Position numbers and translations under genes: made by a program
From: Rubripirellula sp.
GTDB lineage: Bacteria; Planctomycetota; Planctomycetia; Pirellulales; Pirellulaceae
Length of the DNA stretch: 64,000 nt
Assembly: GCA_965216875.1 (NCBI GenBank)
Contig: OZ244207.1
Span: forward strand, 6,048,001-6,112,000
Direction of reading: 5' to 3'
The notes under the pieces: generated by a model
What the model was told of the DNA's origin: nothing
Seen by the model: only the letters and a program-made list of their open reading frames with translations
Databases searched by the model: none
Shown here: piece by piece, positions 1-10,111 of the stretch
Numbering within the stretch: the stretch's first letter is position 1
Layout: each line of letters starts with the position of its first letter

Positions 1-1107
1 GTGGTTTTCTCGATCTGCTGGTTCGTGATCAAAGTCCTCGAACCTTATGGACTGCAAGCCGTCGGTCGCATGGTCGCCGTGATCGGTTTCGCAGGCCTCG
101 TTGCTCAACCCTTCATCAAAACTTGGAAATTCTGTCGTACTCCTGGGAGGTTGTCCAAAGTGAAACGCACTCCCCTGTTGATCACGATCAGCGTCGTTGG
201 CGCTGTCATCGCAGGCGTTTGCTACATCCCGTTGCCTCACCACGTTGATTGTGCCTTCGAGATTCGTCCCAATCAGGCAGGCGTGGTGTACGCCGGTTCG
301 CCTGGTCGCATTGAGTGGACGGTTTCGCCAGGCGACAAAGTCGAGGTAAACGACAAGATCGCTGTTCTTCGTAACCCTGATCTTGAAATTCGCCTCGCTG
401 AACTCAAGGGCGAAGAACTGGTTGCAAAAGTCAAGCTCGAGAACATGTCGTTCCGCAGCCGCGAAGATGTCGCCCTGAAAGCTCAAATCGAAACTCAAAC
501 GGAATTGCTGGAATCGATTCAGTCGATGTTGGCAAAAACCGAAGATGAAATCGATCGGCTGACCGTTCGCACCAAGCGAGCCGGTTGGGTCATCCCGCCT
601 CCGTCACGTGCTCCGCAAGACCAGAACGATGGACGCTTGCCAGGTTGGACCGGCACGCCGCTGCACGAAAAGAACCGCGGCGCGACGCTCACTTCCGACG
701 ACGTGATTTGCGAAATCGGCGCATCCAATACTTGTGAAGCGGTTCTGATCATCGAACAAAGCGATGTTCAACTGGTCCGCGAAGGACAAGAAGTCGATAT
801 GAAGCTTGATTCGCGCCGCCTCGAAACCTTTCACGGTTCGATCAGTGAAAAATCAAACGAACCAATCGAATCGATGTCGATGTCGATGGCAAGCCAAACC
901 GGCGGTGCCATGCAAACTGAAATTGATCCGACAACCGGACAGGTAAAACCACGGAACGTCTCGTACCAAGCGCGCGTCCCACTAGAGCCGTTGGAGCTTC
1001 CGCTTCGCCCCGGTTACCGCGGTGCCGCAAAGATTCATGTTGACCCCATGTCACTCGGCCAACGCTTATGGCGACTAATCACCAAGACCTTTGCCTTTGA
1101 GTTTTAG
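1..1107 (+). CDS. HlyD-like membrane-fusion/adaptor protein, probably the C-terminal part of a peptidase M50-HlyD fusion (5' truncated by window edge)
   Basis: TM helices, then a lipoyl-like segment (SPGRIEWTVSPGDKV...IAVLRNPDL), a coiled coil and a beta-barrel ending LRPGYRGAAKI. Confidence 0.7.
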   Translation: MVFSICWFVIKVLEPYGLQAVGRMVAVIGFAGLVAQPFIKTWKFCRTPGRLSKVKRTPLLITISVVGAVIAGVCYIPLPHHVDCAFEIRPNQAGVVYAGSPGRIEWTVSPGDKVEVNDKIAVLRNPDLEIRLAELKGEELVAKVKLENMSFRSREDVALKAQIETQTELLESIQSMLAKTEDEIDRLTVRTKRAGWVIPPPSRAPQDQNDGRLPGWTGTPLHEKNRGATLTSDDVICEIGASNTCEAVLIIEQSDVQLVREGQEVDMKLDSRRLETFHGSISEKSNEPIESMSMSMASQTGGAMQTEIDPTTGQVKPRNVSYQARVPLEPLELPLRPGYRGAAKIHVDPMSLGQRLWRLITKTFAFEF

Positions 1108-1180
1108 CCAACCAGCCTACGCATCTCACGTGGCTTAACTAACTACCCGTATTTTGACACCAAACCATTGCCCAGTCGCG

Positions 1181-1208
1181 TTGCAGCGATACCGCCGTTC
1201 GGTACGAT
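1181..1208 (+). promoter_or_regulatory. possible sigma70 promoter
   Basis: TTGCAG-16nt-TACGAT upstream of 1397. Confidence 0.3.
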
Positions 1209-1396
1209 AAGAAGCGCGTCTTGGCGATTCCAAAAGTGGAGTAACTGTGTGCGAGGTGGGCAGCACCTTCATGACGACTTCAACGCCCGCAACATCGTTT
1301 CCCCTGCTTGCTAACGACGGACACAGACAACCTGTTAAGCGTTAACAGCAAAACGTTTCGAAAACACTTTCAACCCTTTCTTCGGAGATCCCACTC

Positions 1397-1819
1397 ATGG
1401 CAGACACCAACGACGACAAGCCTCAAGCAGCCGCCGCACCCGCAGCAGCCGAGCAAGCTCAAACCCAACAACCTGTTCAAGTACAAGTTGAAGATGATCA
1501 CGCCGTAGCGACCTACGCGAACTTCTGTCGCGTTACCGGTTCGCCCGAAGAGTTGATCGTCGACTTTGGTTTGAACCCACAACCCATCGGTGTTCCTAAG
1601 GATCCAATCCAAGTCAAGCAACGCATCATCGTTAACTTCTACACTGCAAAGCGTTTGCTCGCTGCATTGCAAATGTCGGTTGCACGTCATGAGTCGGTGT
1701 TCGGCGTTTTGGAAACCGACATCAACAAACGCGTTCGTCCAGGTCTTGGCCAACCACAAGGCGCTGCACCACAACGCGCTCCTGCTGCTCCACCAGCGGC
1801 AGAAGCCAGCGAAGGCTAA
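1397..1819 (+). CDS. DUF3467 family protein
   Basis: YANFCRVTGSPEELIVDFG...AKRLLAAL...HESVFG motif; GGAGA RBS; followed by terminator. Confidence 0.85.
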   Translation: MADTNDDKPQAAAAPAAAEQAQTQQPVQVQVEDDHAVATYANFCRVTGSPEELIVDFGLNPQPIGVPKDPIQVKQRIIVNFYTAKRLLAALQMSVARHESVFGVLETDINKRVRPGLGQPQGAAPQRAPAAPPAAEASEG

Positions 1820-1856
1820 TCGCATTCGATCCTCCGGATCGACAAGTTCATGCAAC

Positions 1857-1891
1857 AAGAGGCCGTGTCCACATAGGACGCGGCCTTTTTT
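1857..1891 (+). terminator. rho-independent terminator
   Basis: AGGCCGTGTCC-ACATA-GGACGCGGCCT stem-loop followed by a T run. Confidence 0.85.
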
Positions 1892-1904
1892 CGTCCTCTT
1901 GGCC

Positions 1905-1983
1905 TGAGCCGTACGCGCTAACGTCGGGCCCCTCCAAGAGACGTAGGACGAGTGCAAGGCCCGACGCTAGCGCGTTCGGCTCA
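1905..1983. repeat. inverted pair of REP-like family B (TGAGCCGWACGCGCTAGCGTCGGGCC)
   Basis: 1905-1930 and the reverse complement of 1958-1983 match at 24/26; further copies at 14178, 14386, 34329, 51746. Confidence 0.85.
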
Positions 1984-2067
1984 CAGGCGAATAGCGAGTG
2001 CCTTGGTCCAGCATGGTTAGAATGAACGTGCCCTTTTCGCTTCACTTTTCCACCTGCGAGTAACACC

Positions 2068-3699
2068 GTGCGAACGACTCTCTTGTTGCTGCTTGCGTTT
2101 GCAATCTTGATTGGCGACCGATCGGCAGCGGCAGACCGCGATGACATCGTCGCGGTCCATTGGCCGAAAAGCGCCGAGTGGCTCTCCAAGAAAGTCATGC
2201 TCAATTGCGACACACTCAGTCAGTTTGTGGACGAGATTACTCAACAAACCGGCGCTACGATCATTGTCGACGAGTCCGGTCTTGATGAGATAGGCGTATC
2301 ACTCGACACCCGTTTTCAGATCCGCGTGCCGCGCAATATCACTGTCGACGAAGCCTTTGCGCGACTCCTCAGCCAACTCGATGTGACGTACCAGCTTCAA
2401 GCAACCCAGATACGCATCGCGTCGATCGATGATTTGGAATACGAAGGTCGGCAACAAACCTATCGGGTTCGTCCTCTGCTGAGCGTTCTTGAAACCGATC
2501 GCTTCGATCAGATGGATCGCGACAGTCTGATCATGTTGATCGAGACGACGATCGCTCCCGACACGTGGGAGTCTTTAGGTGGCCCTTCCACGACCATCGC
2601 GCATCAAGACATGATCACCGTCTCGACCAGCGACACTGTGCATGTGGACATCCTGCGACTCCTTCAGACTTTGGCACAAGCTCGAATGCTAACCGCTGCC
2701 GAAGCTCGCCAATCGCCAATGTTGCCAATCGATCAAGTCGACTTTGACCATAGCGTGACGCTGGAGGACTTAGAAGCCAAGATCCAACTGAACTTTCCAG
2801 AGGATCCCGACAAGGTGCCACTCCAACGACTGGTCGAACAACTCAACCAGCAAACGCAGCTGCACTTTGAGATCAACAGCCGTAGCCTTGACGAGAGTGG
2901 GCTGCCGAGTGACCAGCCGGTCAAAGTGATCAAACACGCGACATCGATCAGCGACTTGCTTACCGAAACGCTCCGCGACCTCGATGCTACTTATCGGTGT
3001 TATGGCAGCACCGTCTTCATCGAGACGCTTGACTCAAGCGAAACCAACCAGCAAACGGTTGTGTACCCGATCGCCGACTTGGTCGCCCGTTCCGTGTCCA
3101 AGGAAGCGCCTCATCTGTCGATCACTCCCTTCCTTGGCCGAGCCAATGGAACTTACTCTGGCGGCCATTCGTTTTCGGGAAGCGACCAATGGCGATTCAA
3201 AGTCTTACGGGGCGTCGAGACACCTCATAATACGGTGCATCCAGACGACTTGACCGAACTGATTCAAAGAACGGTCTCATCTGAATCGTGGGAAATGTTG
3301 GGTGGCCCAGCAACGATGGCTTACTTTGCACCAGCATCTTCACTTGTCGTCTCAGCAATTGACGAAAATCACGCCAAGATCCGAAAGCTTCTGCAAGACG
3401 TACGCAAAGGCCGGACGCTCGGCGGACAAGTCGGTGCGCCGATCGACATCGGTTCGGAATTCGCCACCGTCGCCTTCAACCTGAAAGCGAATACAAAAGA
3501 GCTTGCCGACCCAGTGGACCTGATTCGCAAGAACGTCGAGCCAAGGATGTGGGAACAACCTGAGGCATCAATTCAGCTCAACGGGAACTTGCTCATCGTG
3601 CGCAATCGCATCTCGATCATCGGCAAAACACTCGACATGCTCGAGCGACTGCAATTGCTCCAACCGCCAACCCAACAACTGCCCGGCGGTATGTTTTGA
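2068..3699 (+). CDS. exported protein with repeated STN/secretin-N-like and planctomycete 'TIxPxxWxxLGGP' domains
   Basis: signal peptide; duplicated LxQxVxxxxQQT..IxVDxxxLDExG module; three ..W..(GG) repeats. Confidence 0.65.
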   Translation: MRTTLLLLLAFAILIGDRSAAADRDDIVAVHWPKSAEWLSKKVMLNCDTLSQFVDEITQQTGATIIVDESGLDEIGVSLDTRFQIRVPRNITVDEAFARLLSQLDVTYQLQATQIRIASIDDLEYEGRQQTYRVRPLLSVLETDRFDQMDRDSLIMLIETTIAPDTWESLGGPSTTIAHQDMITVSTSDTVHVDILRLLQTLAQARMLTAAEARQSPMLPIDQVDFDHSVTLEDLEAKIQLNFPEDPDKVPLQRLVEQLNQQTQLHFEINSRSLDESGLPSDQPVKVIKHATSISDLLTETLRDLDATYRCYGSTVFIETLDSSETNQQTVVYPIADLVARSVSKEAPHLSITPFLGRANGTYSGGHSFSGSDQWRFKVLRGVETPHNTVHPDDLTELIQRTVSSESWEMLGGPATMAYFAPASSLVVSAIDENHAKIRKLLQDVRKGRTLGGQVGAPIDIGSEFATVAFNLKANTKELADPVDLIRKNVEPRMWEQPEASIQLNGNLLIVRNRISIIGKTLDMLERLQLLQPPTQQLPGGMF

Positions 3700-3722
3700 A
3701 GCTGAATCAACAAAAATCATCC

Positions 3723-3762
3723 GTAGGCCGGATCAAGGAGCGACAGCGACACAGATCCGGCA
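3723..3762 (+). repeat. GTAG-type REP, family A (GTAGGCCGGATCAAGGAGCGACAGCGACRCWGATCCGGCA)
   Basis: 40-bp palindrome with GCCGGATC/GATCCGGC stem; 7 near-complete copies in the window. Confidence 0.9.
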
Positions 3763-3825
3763 ACAAACCTCGCCACCGGAAAGCGTGACTTCCCGCGGAG
3801 CTAATCAAAACGTTCGGCAGGAGCC

Positions 3826-5208
3826 TCACGCTCCCGAAAGCGTTTCTTTCCAACGGTCGATTTGAGCTCGGACTTGTTTGGGTGCGGTCGATCCGTAGCT
3901 GACGAACGCTTCGACCGCATTCTTGCTGCCAAGGCATTCGTAGATCGAGTCGTCAATCTCCTCGGCGTGTTGTTGCATCACATCGAGTGGCAACTCAGAC
4001 AACGGCACATCTCGTTGCATCGCTTCGCCAACAATCGCACCGACCAAGTGATGGGCACGCCGCTGGGGCATTCCCTTTTTGATCATCCATTCCATCAAGG
4101 TGGTCGCATCAAGGTAACCGCGTTCCAAACGACTGGCGATCGAGTCGCGTTGCAACTCGCTTCCCTCGACGATGGGTGCGGCCAATTCCAACATCGCCAG
4201 CACGGTATCAAACGAATCAAACAGCGGCGGCTTGTCTTCTTGTAGATCACGGTTGTAGGCGAGCGGCAAGTTTTTGACCAACAACATCAACGTTTGCAGG
4301 TTGCCCATCACTCGAGCCGACTTGCCGCGTGTGAGTTCGAGCGTATCGGGATTCACCTTTTGCGGCATGATGCTGCTGCCGGTACAGAAAGCATGCGGCA
4401 TTTTGATGAAGTTGAACTCGACCGTACTCCAAAGAATCCACTCCTCTGCCCAGCCGCTCAAGTGCGACGCGATCACGGAAAGGACGAATGCACTTTCCAT
4501 CATGAAGTCGCGATCACTGCTGGTGTCGAGGCTGTTGGCGGTCATACCATCGAACTCAAGCGCCTTTGCCGTTTGCTCGCGATCGATCGGCAGTGTCGTT
4601 CCAGCGACGGCGGCGACGCCGAGACTGCATTGATTGACCCGTCGTCGGCAATCGGCGATACGCTGGCGGTCTCGATCAAATTTCTCGATGTACGCGAGCC
4701 AATAGTGAGGGGCCAGAACGGGCTGGGCGCGTTGCAGGTGCGTGTATGCGGGAAGGATGACATCGAAGTCACCATCGCAGCGACCGAGAAACGCCTTTTG
4801 CAGGTCAAGCAACCGCGCGTCGACTTGATCAAGAGCTTCGCGGACCCACATCCGCACATCCGTACTGACTTGGTCATTGCGGCTTCGCGCGGTGTGCAAT
4901 TTGCGGCCAACGTCACCGATGCGATCGATCAATGCCTGCTCGACGTGCATATGGATGTCTTCGAGTTCCAGACGCAAAGGCAGCTTGTCCTCGTCGAGCT
5001 CTTTTTCGATTTCTCGCAAAGTGTCGCGGATCAATTCGAATTCGTCGGCAGTGATCAAGCCGACGTTAGACAGCATTTCGGCGTGAGCAATCGAACCACG
5101 AATATCCTGGCGATAAAGCCGCCGATCGAAGCTGATGCTCTCGGCAAAGGCTTCCAAACGCTCGTCGGTACTGGCGTGAAACACACCGCTGCGGGAGGGG
5201 CTATTCAC
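3826..5208 (-). CDS. argH: argininosuccinate lyase
   Basis: LHTARSRNDQ, PAYTHLQRAQP, GSSIMPQKVNPD; GTG start at 5208 preferred over 5241. Confidence 0.97.
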   Translation of the reverse strand: MNSPSRSGVFHASTDERLEAFAESISFDRRLYRQDIRGSIAHAEMLSNVGLITADEFELIRDTLREIEKELDEDKLPLRLELEDIHMHVEQALIDRIGDVGRKLHTARSRNDQVSTDVRMWVREALDQVDARLLDLQKAFLGRCDGDFDVILPAYTHLQRAQPVLAPHYWLAYIEKFDRDRQRIADCRRRVNQCSLGVAAVAGTTLPIDREQTAKALEFDGMTANSLDTSSDRDFMMESAFVLSVIASHLSGWAEEWILWSTVEFNFIKMPHAFCTGSSIMPQKVNPDTLELTRGKSARVMGNLQTLMLLVKNLPLAYNRDLQEDKPPLFDSFDTVLAMLELAAPIVEGSELQRDSIASRLERGYLDATTLMEWMIKKGMPQRRAHHLVGAIVGEAMQRDVPLSELPLDVMQQHAEEIDDSIYECLGSKNAVEAFVSYGSTAPKQVRAQIDRWKETLSGA

Positions 5209-5323
5209 TGTTTGACTATCCCAATTGTGACTGGCTCTCAATAATGCGTCCGGCGGCTATTATCCTTGCAAGGGGCGAGATGACGACCCCGGATCCCACT
5301 CGAATTAAGAAGCACTTCCAACG

Positions 5324-8020
5324 ATGCCCATTCGACTGTTGTTGATTGCCCTCATGAGCCTGACGGTGGCGACCGCCGCCTCGGCCGTGGACGTGTTTGT
5401 GACCGCAACCACGGGCCAACCGTACGGGATCGCTTCGATCGAAATCCCGATCGATCGCCCCGTGCTCGGAAAGCAACTCCCGCCGATCGAAGTGACCGAG
5501 GAATCGGGCCGAGTCCTCTACCCCATCTCGGCTGATGTCCGCCAAAAGGTTTCGCGAGTCTCTTCGCGGCCGGTTCCGCAACCAGGTCGCGGACGATTGC
5601 TCGGACGAGTTGGCAACCTGATTCGGGAAATCACCGGCGGCGAAGAGGCGATGGAGCAGACGCTATCGCGACGCGTCTTCTTTTTGGTTCGTGGTAACGC
5701 GCCGGTCCGCGTGCAACTTGGCGATGCTTCCGGACCGATCGGCCAGTACGAAATCCAATTGACCAACGACGCTGCCGCGCGACAGAAGTTGATGAATGAG
5801 TGGTGGTCGTCCTATACCGCCGCGGCGCATCGACAAGCGGAAGCCGCAAAGTACCCGACCGTGGTCGAGTCCTATCTGGTTGCGATGCTTTCTGGACGAA
5901 CCGGCATGCCACTTCCGGATTGGTTCACAAGCACAGACGACGAAGACGACGCGTTGGTCGATACGCTCAAGTTGATCGGTGGTGCGCAAGGCGTCTCGGA
6001 CTCGATGTTTCGTCGCGCTGCTGCTGGGCACATCCATAACGAACAAGCGAACTTGCCGCTGCCTGCGGCGCCCAATTGGGCACCGATGTTTGAGGCAGAC
6101 AACCTGGACGACGTCGCCGTCGAACCGCTTGCCAAAGCCGTTCCGCCTGAGTGCTTTTACATTCGCTATGGCTCGTTTGCGAATTACATGTGGTTCCGCG
6201 ATCTCTCGCAAGACTACGGCGGAGACATATCGCGGATGGTCACGCTCAATGGCATCGCCGACGATTCCGCTGGTCGAATCGAGCGTCAACTCAACCTCAA
6301 AACGACCGAACTTTCGCGCATGCTTGGCGGCACGGTGATCGAAGATCAAGCGTTGATCGGACGCGATCTGTTCATGTCCGATGGCGCTTCGATGGGTGTG
6401 GCGATCCAAGCCAAGAACGTTTTCCTATTGCGAACTTCGCTAACGGCCGACCGCACCAAGCGCGCCGCGAGCGATGAATCGATCACGCTCAAAGACATCA
6501 CCATCGCGGGAAAGCCAGTCAGCTTCCTGAGCAGCCCCGACAATCGTGTTCGTTCCTACATGGCCGAACATGGCTCCGTCATTCTGGTCACCAACAGCAA
6601 AACGATCGTCGAGCGATTCTTTGCCGTCGCCGAAGGCGCGCCGTCGCTGGCCGACACCGCGTCGTTTCGTTTGTCGCGTCAACTCATGCCTCTGGAGCGA
6701 CAAGATTCGATCTTCGTTTACCTTTCACCAGCGATGCTGCGTGGCTTGGTGAGCCCCGAGTACTTGATTGAATTGCGTCGCCGATTGGTTGCCAAATCGG
6801 ACATCACCCTCGTCCATTTGGCGCGGCTCGCCGCTGCCGCGGAAGGGAATCGCGAGACGGGCATCGACCAATTAGCGGGACTCGGATTCCTGCCTGATGG
6901 CTTCGGTCGCCGGGCGGACGGTTCAGGTGTGATTTCCGTCGACGACACCGAAGTGATCGACACCATGCGCGGCGTGCGCGGAACGTTTCTGCCCATTGCG
7001 GATGCGAAAATCACTTCGGTGACTCAAGAAGAATCGAGTTGGTACCAGCGGGTTGCGGCTCACTACAGCAACGAGTTTCGCACGATCGACCCGATCATGA
7101 TTGGCGTGCAACGAGAAGAGATTGAAGGAACCGAGAACGTTGAACGCGTGACGATCCATGCCGAGATCGCACCCTGGGAACCTGAAAAGTACGGGTCGCT
7201 CGCCAAGCAGCTTGGACCGCCAACCAACGTGGCTTTGAAATTTGCTCCCGACGACATCATCGCCGTCCAAGCACACGTCGCCTCGGATCAACTCGGACCT
7301 CCGACACACTTGTTCGCGGCCGTGAAAGACAGCGTGCCACCCCGACCGGAAGACTTTGACGGCATCCTGAATATCTACCGGTCGCTTCAGGAGATACCGG
7401 GTTACCTGGGTGCCTGGCCCCAGCCGGGTGCACTCGACCGGCTTCCCTTGGGACTTGGCCGCGGTACACCGGTGGGCCCAAACATGAACCGCTTGATCGG
7501 CGGACTGTACCGCTACACGGCGGGAGGCTACAGCATCTTGTCGTTCCAACCGGACATCCTGCAGGCAAGTATCCCCCACATTTCGGCGATCAATGTCGAA
7601 GACAAAGCTCAGGTTCGATTGCATGTCGGCAACTTCTACGGCAGCCGCATCGAAGGTTGGGTCAATGGCCAACTCTACAAGCTGACCAGCGAAGGAAGCG
7701 GTGCTGGCGCCAATTACATGGGAATGCTGACTCGACAACTCAAAGTTGCCCCCGAGGACGTTCATGCGGCAGCGACCCGTATTCTGGGCACACCCATCCA
7801 ATGCACGCTCGGGGGGCAATACGAGTACTCTCCCTCAACGCACCAGTGGGTCAGTACGGCGTGGACGGCTTCGGCGTCAAGTCAGGGTGCACAGTTGACC
7901 GAAACGCCTCCGCCCGGGTACGTTTCGCCGGCGTTGAAGTGGTTCCGCGGAACCGACGCCACGTTGACCCAGTTCGATGACCGCCTTGTTGCCGATGCGG
8001 TGATCGACATTCAGCGGTAA
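5324..8020 (+). CDS. large exported hypothetical protein (898 aa)
   Basis: long ORF with Sec signal peptide (LLLIALMSLTVATAASA); no motif recognised. Confidence 0.8.
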   Translation: MPIRLLLIALMSLTVATAASAVDVFVTATTGQPYGIASIEIPIDRPVLGKQLPPIEVTEESGRVLYPISADVRQKVSRVSSRPVPQPGRGRLLGRVGNLIREITGGEEAMEQTLSRRVFFLVRGNAPVRVQLGDASGPIGQYEIQLTNDAAARQKLMNEWWSSYTAAAHRQAEAAKYPTVVESYLVAMLSGRTGMPLPDWFTSTDDEDDALVDTLKLIGGAQGVSDSMFRRAAAGHIHNEQANLPLPAAPNWAPMFEADNLDDVAVEPLAKAVPPECFYIRYGSFANYMWFRDLSQDYGGDISRMVTLNGIADDSAGRIERQLNLKTTELSRMLGGTVIEDQALIGRDLFMSDGASMGVAIQAKNVFLLRTSLTADRTKRAASDESITLKDITIAGKPVSFLSSPDNRVRSYMAEHGSVILVTNSKTIVERFFAVAEGAPSLADTASFRLSRQLMPLERQDSIFVYLSPAMLRGLVSPEYLIELRRRLVAKSDITLVHLARLAAAAEGNRETGIDQLAGLGFLPDGFGRRADGSGVISVDDTEVIDTMRGVRGTFLPIADAKITSVTQEESSWYQRVAAHYSNEFRTIDPIMIGVQREEIEGTENVERVTIHAEIAPWEPEKYGSLAKQLGPPTNVALKFAPDDIIAVQAHVASDQLGPPTHLFAAVKDSVPPRPEDFDGILNIYRSLQEIPGYLGAWPQPGALDRLPLGLGRGTPVGPNMNRLIGGLYRYTAGGYSILSFQPDILQASIPHISAINVEDKAQVRLHVGNFYGSRIEGWVNGQLYKLTSEGSGAGANYMGMLTRQLKVAPEDVHAAATRILGTPIQCTLGGQYEYSPSTHQWVSTAWTASASSQGAQLTETPPPGYVSPALKWFRGTDATLTQFDDRLVADAVIDIQR

Positions 8021-8178
8021 AGCCGAGACTTTTTTACAAGAACATTTTGCGTGCCTTATCGCGACCTTGTTTGGGGTTCGGTTTCTTTAGGCGCGATTAG
8101 AGGCGGTTGATTTCTCACTGTCGCCTCTTTGGGCAAATGCGCCCCCGTACATGGTGGTCCGACGACATCCAGTTCGCG

Positions 8179-8206
8179 TTGACGCACTCTGGGGGCGAAG
8201 TATAGT
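8179..8206 (+). promoter_or_regulatory. sigma70-like promoter of the SulP gene
   Basis: TTGACG-16nt-TATAGT. Confidence 0.55.
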
Positions 8207-8299
8207 CCGAACCTCTACTTGGTCGTTTTCTCTGGCGACCAACGACGGAATCGCGGCCAAAGTTTGGCGGGCATTCCGCTCCCTCCATATCCAACACCC

Positions 8300-9946
8300 A
8301 TGCTTAAGATCATTCAGTCGCGCTCAGCGACCATCAAGCTAGACGTTCTCTCAGGTCTTACCGTCGCCCTTGCGCTCGTTCCCGAAGCGATTGCATTTGC
8401 CTTTGTCGCTGGCGTCTCGCCCATCATCGGCCTTTACTCGGCGTTCATGATTGGCTTGATCACGTCCATCCTCGGTGGTCGCCCTGGGATGATTTCAGGT
8501 GCAACGGGAGCGATGGCGGTCGTGGTTGTTGGTTTGATCACCATCCACGGAATCGAATACTTGTTCCCCGCTGTGATTCTTTGCGGGCTACTTCAGACCC
8601 TCATCGGGGGGCTGCGGCTGGGAAAACTGATTCGATTGGTGCCGCACCCGGTGATGCTGGGATTCGTCAACGGGCTAGCGATCGTGATCTGTATGGCCCA
8701 ATTCAACAGTTTTCGCACCTATGATGCGACAACCAAATCAATGGCGCTGCTGACTGGCACGCCGATGGCTTGGATGGTCGGCCTTGTCGTTTTGACGATG
8801 GCCATCATCTGGCTTTTACCGAAATGGACTAAGGCGGTACCCGCTTCGCTGGTCGCCATTCTTGCTGTCACTGGATTGTCGATCGCAATCAATGCGCAAG
8901 CATCCAGTGCCGGATCCGAAGGAACGCTCGTTGCCACCGTTGGCGATATGCTGCACAGCAATGCAATGGCTGCTGCAGCAAATCAAGGTGACGCCATCGA
9001 CATGGAAAAGATCGCGAGCGAAACGACGATCTCGGGCGGACTGCCGGTCCCCTTCTTTTTCGATCACGCCTTGCCGCCGATGAACATGGAAACGCTGTGG
9101 ATCATCCTGCCGTTTTCATTGACACTCGCGGGCGTGGGTCTGATCGAATCGCTGATGACGATGACGCTGATCGACGAAATCACCGAAACACGTGGTCGTG
9201 GGAACCGCGAATGTATCGGACAAGGCGTCGCCAACATCGTCTGTGGTTTGTTCGGCGGCATGGGTGGTTGCGCGATGATCGGCCAATCATTGATCAATGT
9301 GAACTCGGGCGGACGGACGCGAATCTCAGGAATCACTGCAGCCGTCTGTTTGCTGTTGTTCGTCCTGTTTTTCGCTCCGTTTATTCAACAGATCCCGATG
9401 GCCGCCTTGGTCGGTGTGATGTTCATGGTCGTCATCGGAACGTTCGAATGGGCGTCGCTTCGAATGTTTCGACGTATGCCACTCAGCGACGTTGGTGTGA
9501 TGATTCTTGTTGCTGGCTACACCGTCTTTATGCATGACCTTGCTTCGGCAGTGATCCTTGGCGTGATCGTTTCAGCTCTGGTCTTTGCCTGGAAACACTC
9601 GCAACACCTTGGTGCTCAAGTTCATCTCAATGAACATGGCAGCAAGATCTACCAGCTTCATGGCCCGCTCTTTTTCGGCAGCGTTGCCCACTTCAAAGAG
9701 ATGTTCGAACCAGCCTGTGACCCCGACGACGTCGTCATCGACTTCTATTACACCCGTGTGTATGACCAATCAGGACTCGAAGCGATCAACATGCTTGCCG
9801 AAAAATACGAAGCGTGCGGAAAACGTCTCCACCTGACGCACCTCAGCACCGAGTGCCGCGATCTGCTCGAGCGAGCTGGCGACTTTGTCGAAGTCAACCT
9901 CTCGGAAGACCCTCAGTACCACATCGCCACCGACCGCCTCGGCTAG
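8300..9946 (+). CDS. SulP/SLC26 inorganic anion transporter with C-terminal STAS domain
   Basis: [59 protein letters not shown] at 8300 preferred. Confidence 0.93.
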   Translation: MLKIIQSRSATIKLDVLSGLTVALALVPEAIAFAFVAGVSPIIGLYSAFMIGLITSILGGRPGMISGATGAMAVVVVGLITIHGIEYLFPAVILCGLLQTLIGGLRLGKLIRLVPHPVMLGFVNGLAIVICMAQFNSFRTYDATTKSMALLTGTPMAWMVGLVVLTMAIIWLLPKWTKAVPASLVAILAVTGLSIAINAQASSAGSEGTLVATVGDMLHSNAMAAAANQGDAIDMEKIASETTISGGLPVPFFFDHALPPMNMETLWIILPFSLTLAGVGLIESLMTMTLIDEITETRGRGNRECIGQGVANIVCGLFGGMGGCAMIGQSLINVNSGGRTRISGITAAVCLLLFVLFFAPFIQQIPMAALVGVMFMVVIGTFEWASLRMFRRMPLSDVGVMILVAGYTVFMHDLASAVILGVIVSALVFAWKHSQHLGAQVHLNEHGSKIYQLHGPLFFGSVAHFKEMFEPACDPDDVVIDFYYTRVYDQSGLEAINMLAEKYEACGKRLHLTHLSTECRDLLERAGDFVEVNLSEDPQYHIATDRLG

Positions 9947-9950
9947 AGTC

Positions 9951-9990
9951 GTAGGCCGGATCAAGGAGCGACAGCGACGCGGATCCGGCA
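9951..9990 (+). repeat. REP family A
   Basis: GTAGGCCGGATCAAGGAGCGACAGCGACGCGGATCCGGCA, 4 nt after the SulP stop. Confidence 0.9.
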
Positions 9991-10111
9991 GTCCTTCAAA
10001 TGTGTCTGGCGAGCGAGGCCACGGCACTGCGCGAGGTTGATCTACAAACAACGGCGGCCGGATGAATCCGACCGCCGCTTCGATGATCAACTTAGAATGG
10101 GTGCTTAACGA

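Noticed and set aside
3813..3836. TTCGGCAGGAGCCTCACGCTCCCG overlapping the argH stop, resembling another planctomycete repeat
   Set aside because: Single degenerate copy in this window; cannot be supported from the sequence alone.
4294..5244. 316-aa + strand ORF
   Set aside because: Antisense shadow of argH with no motifs; typical of GC-rich codon bias.
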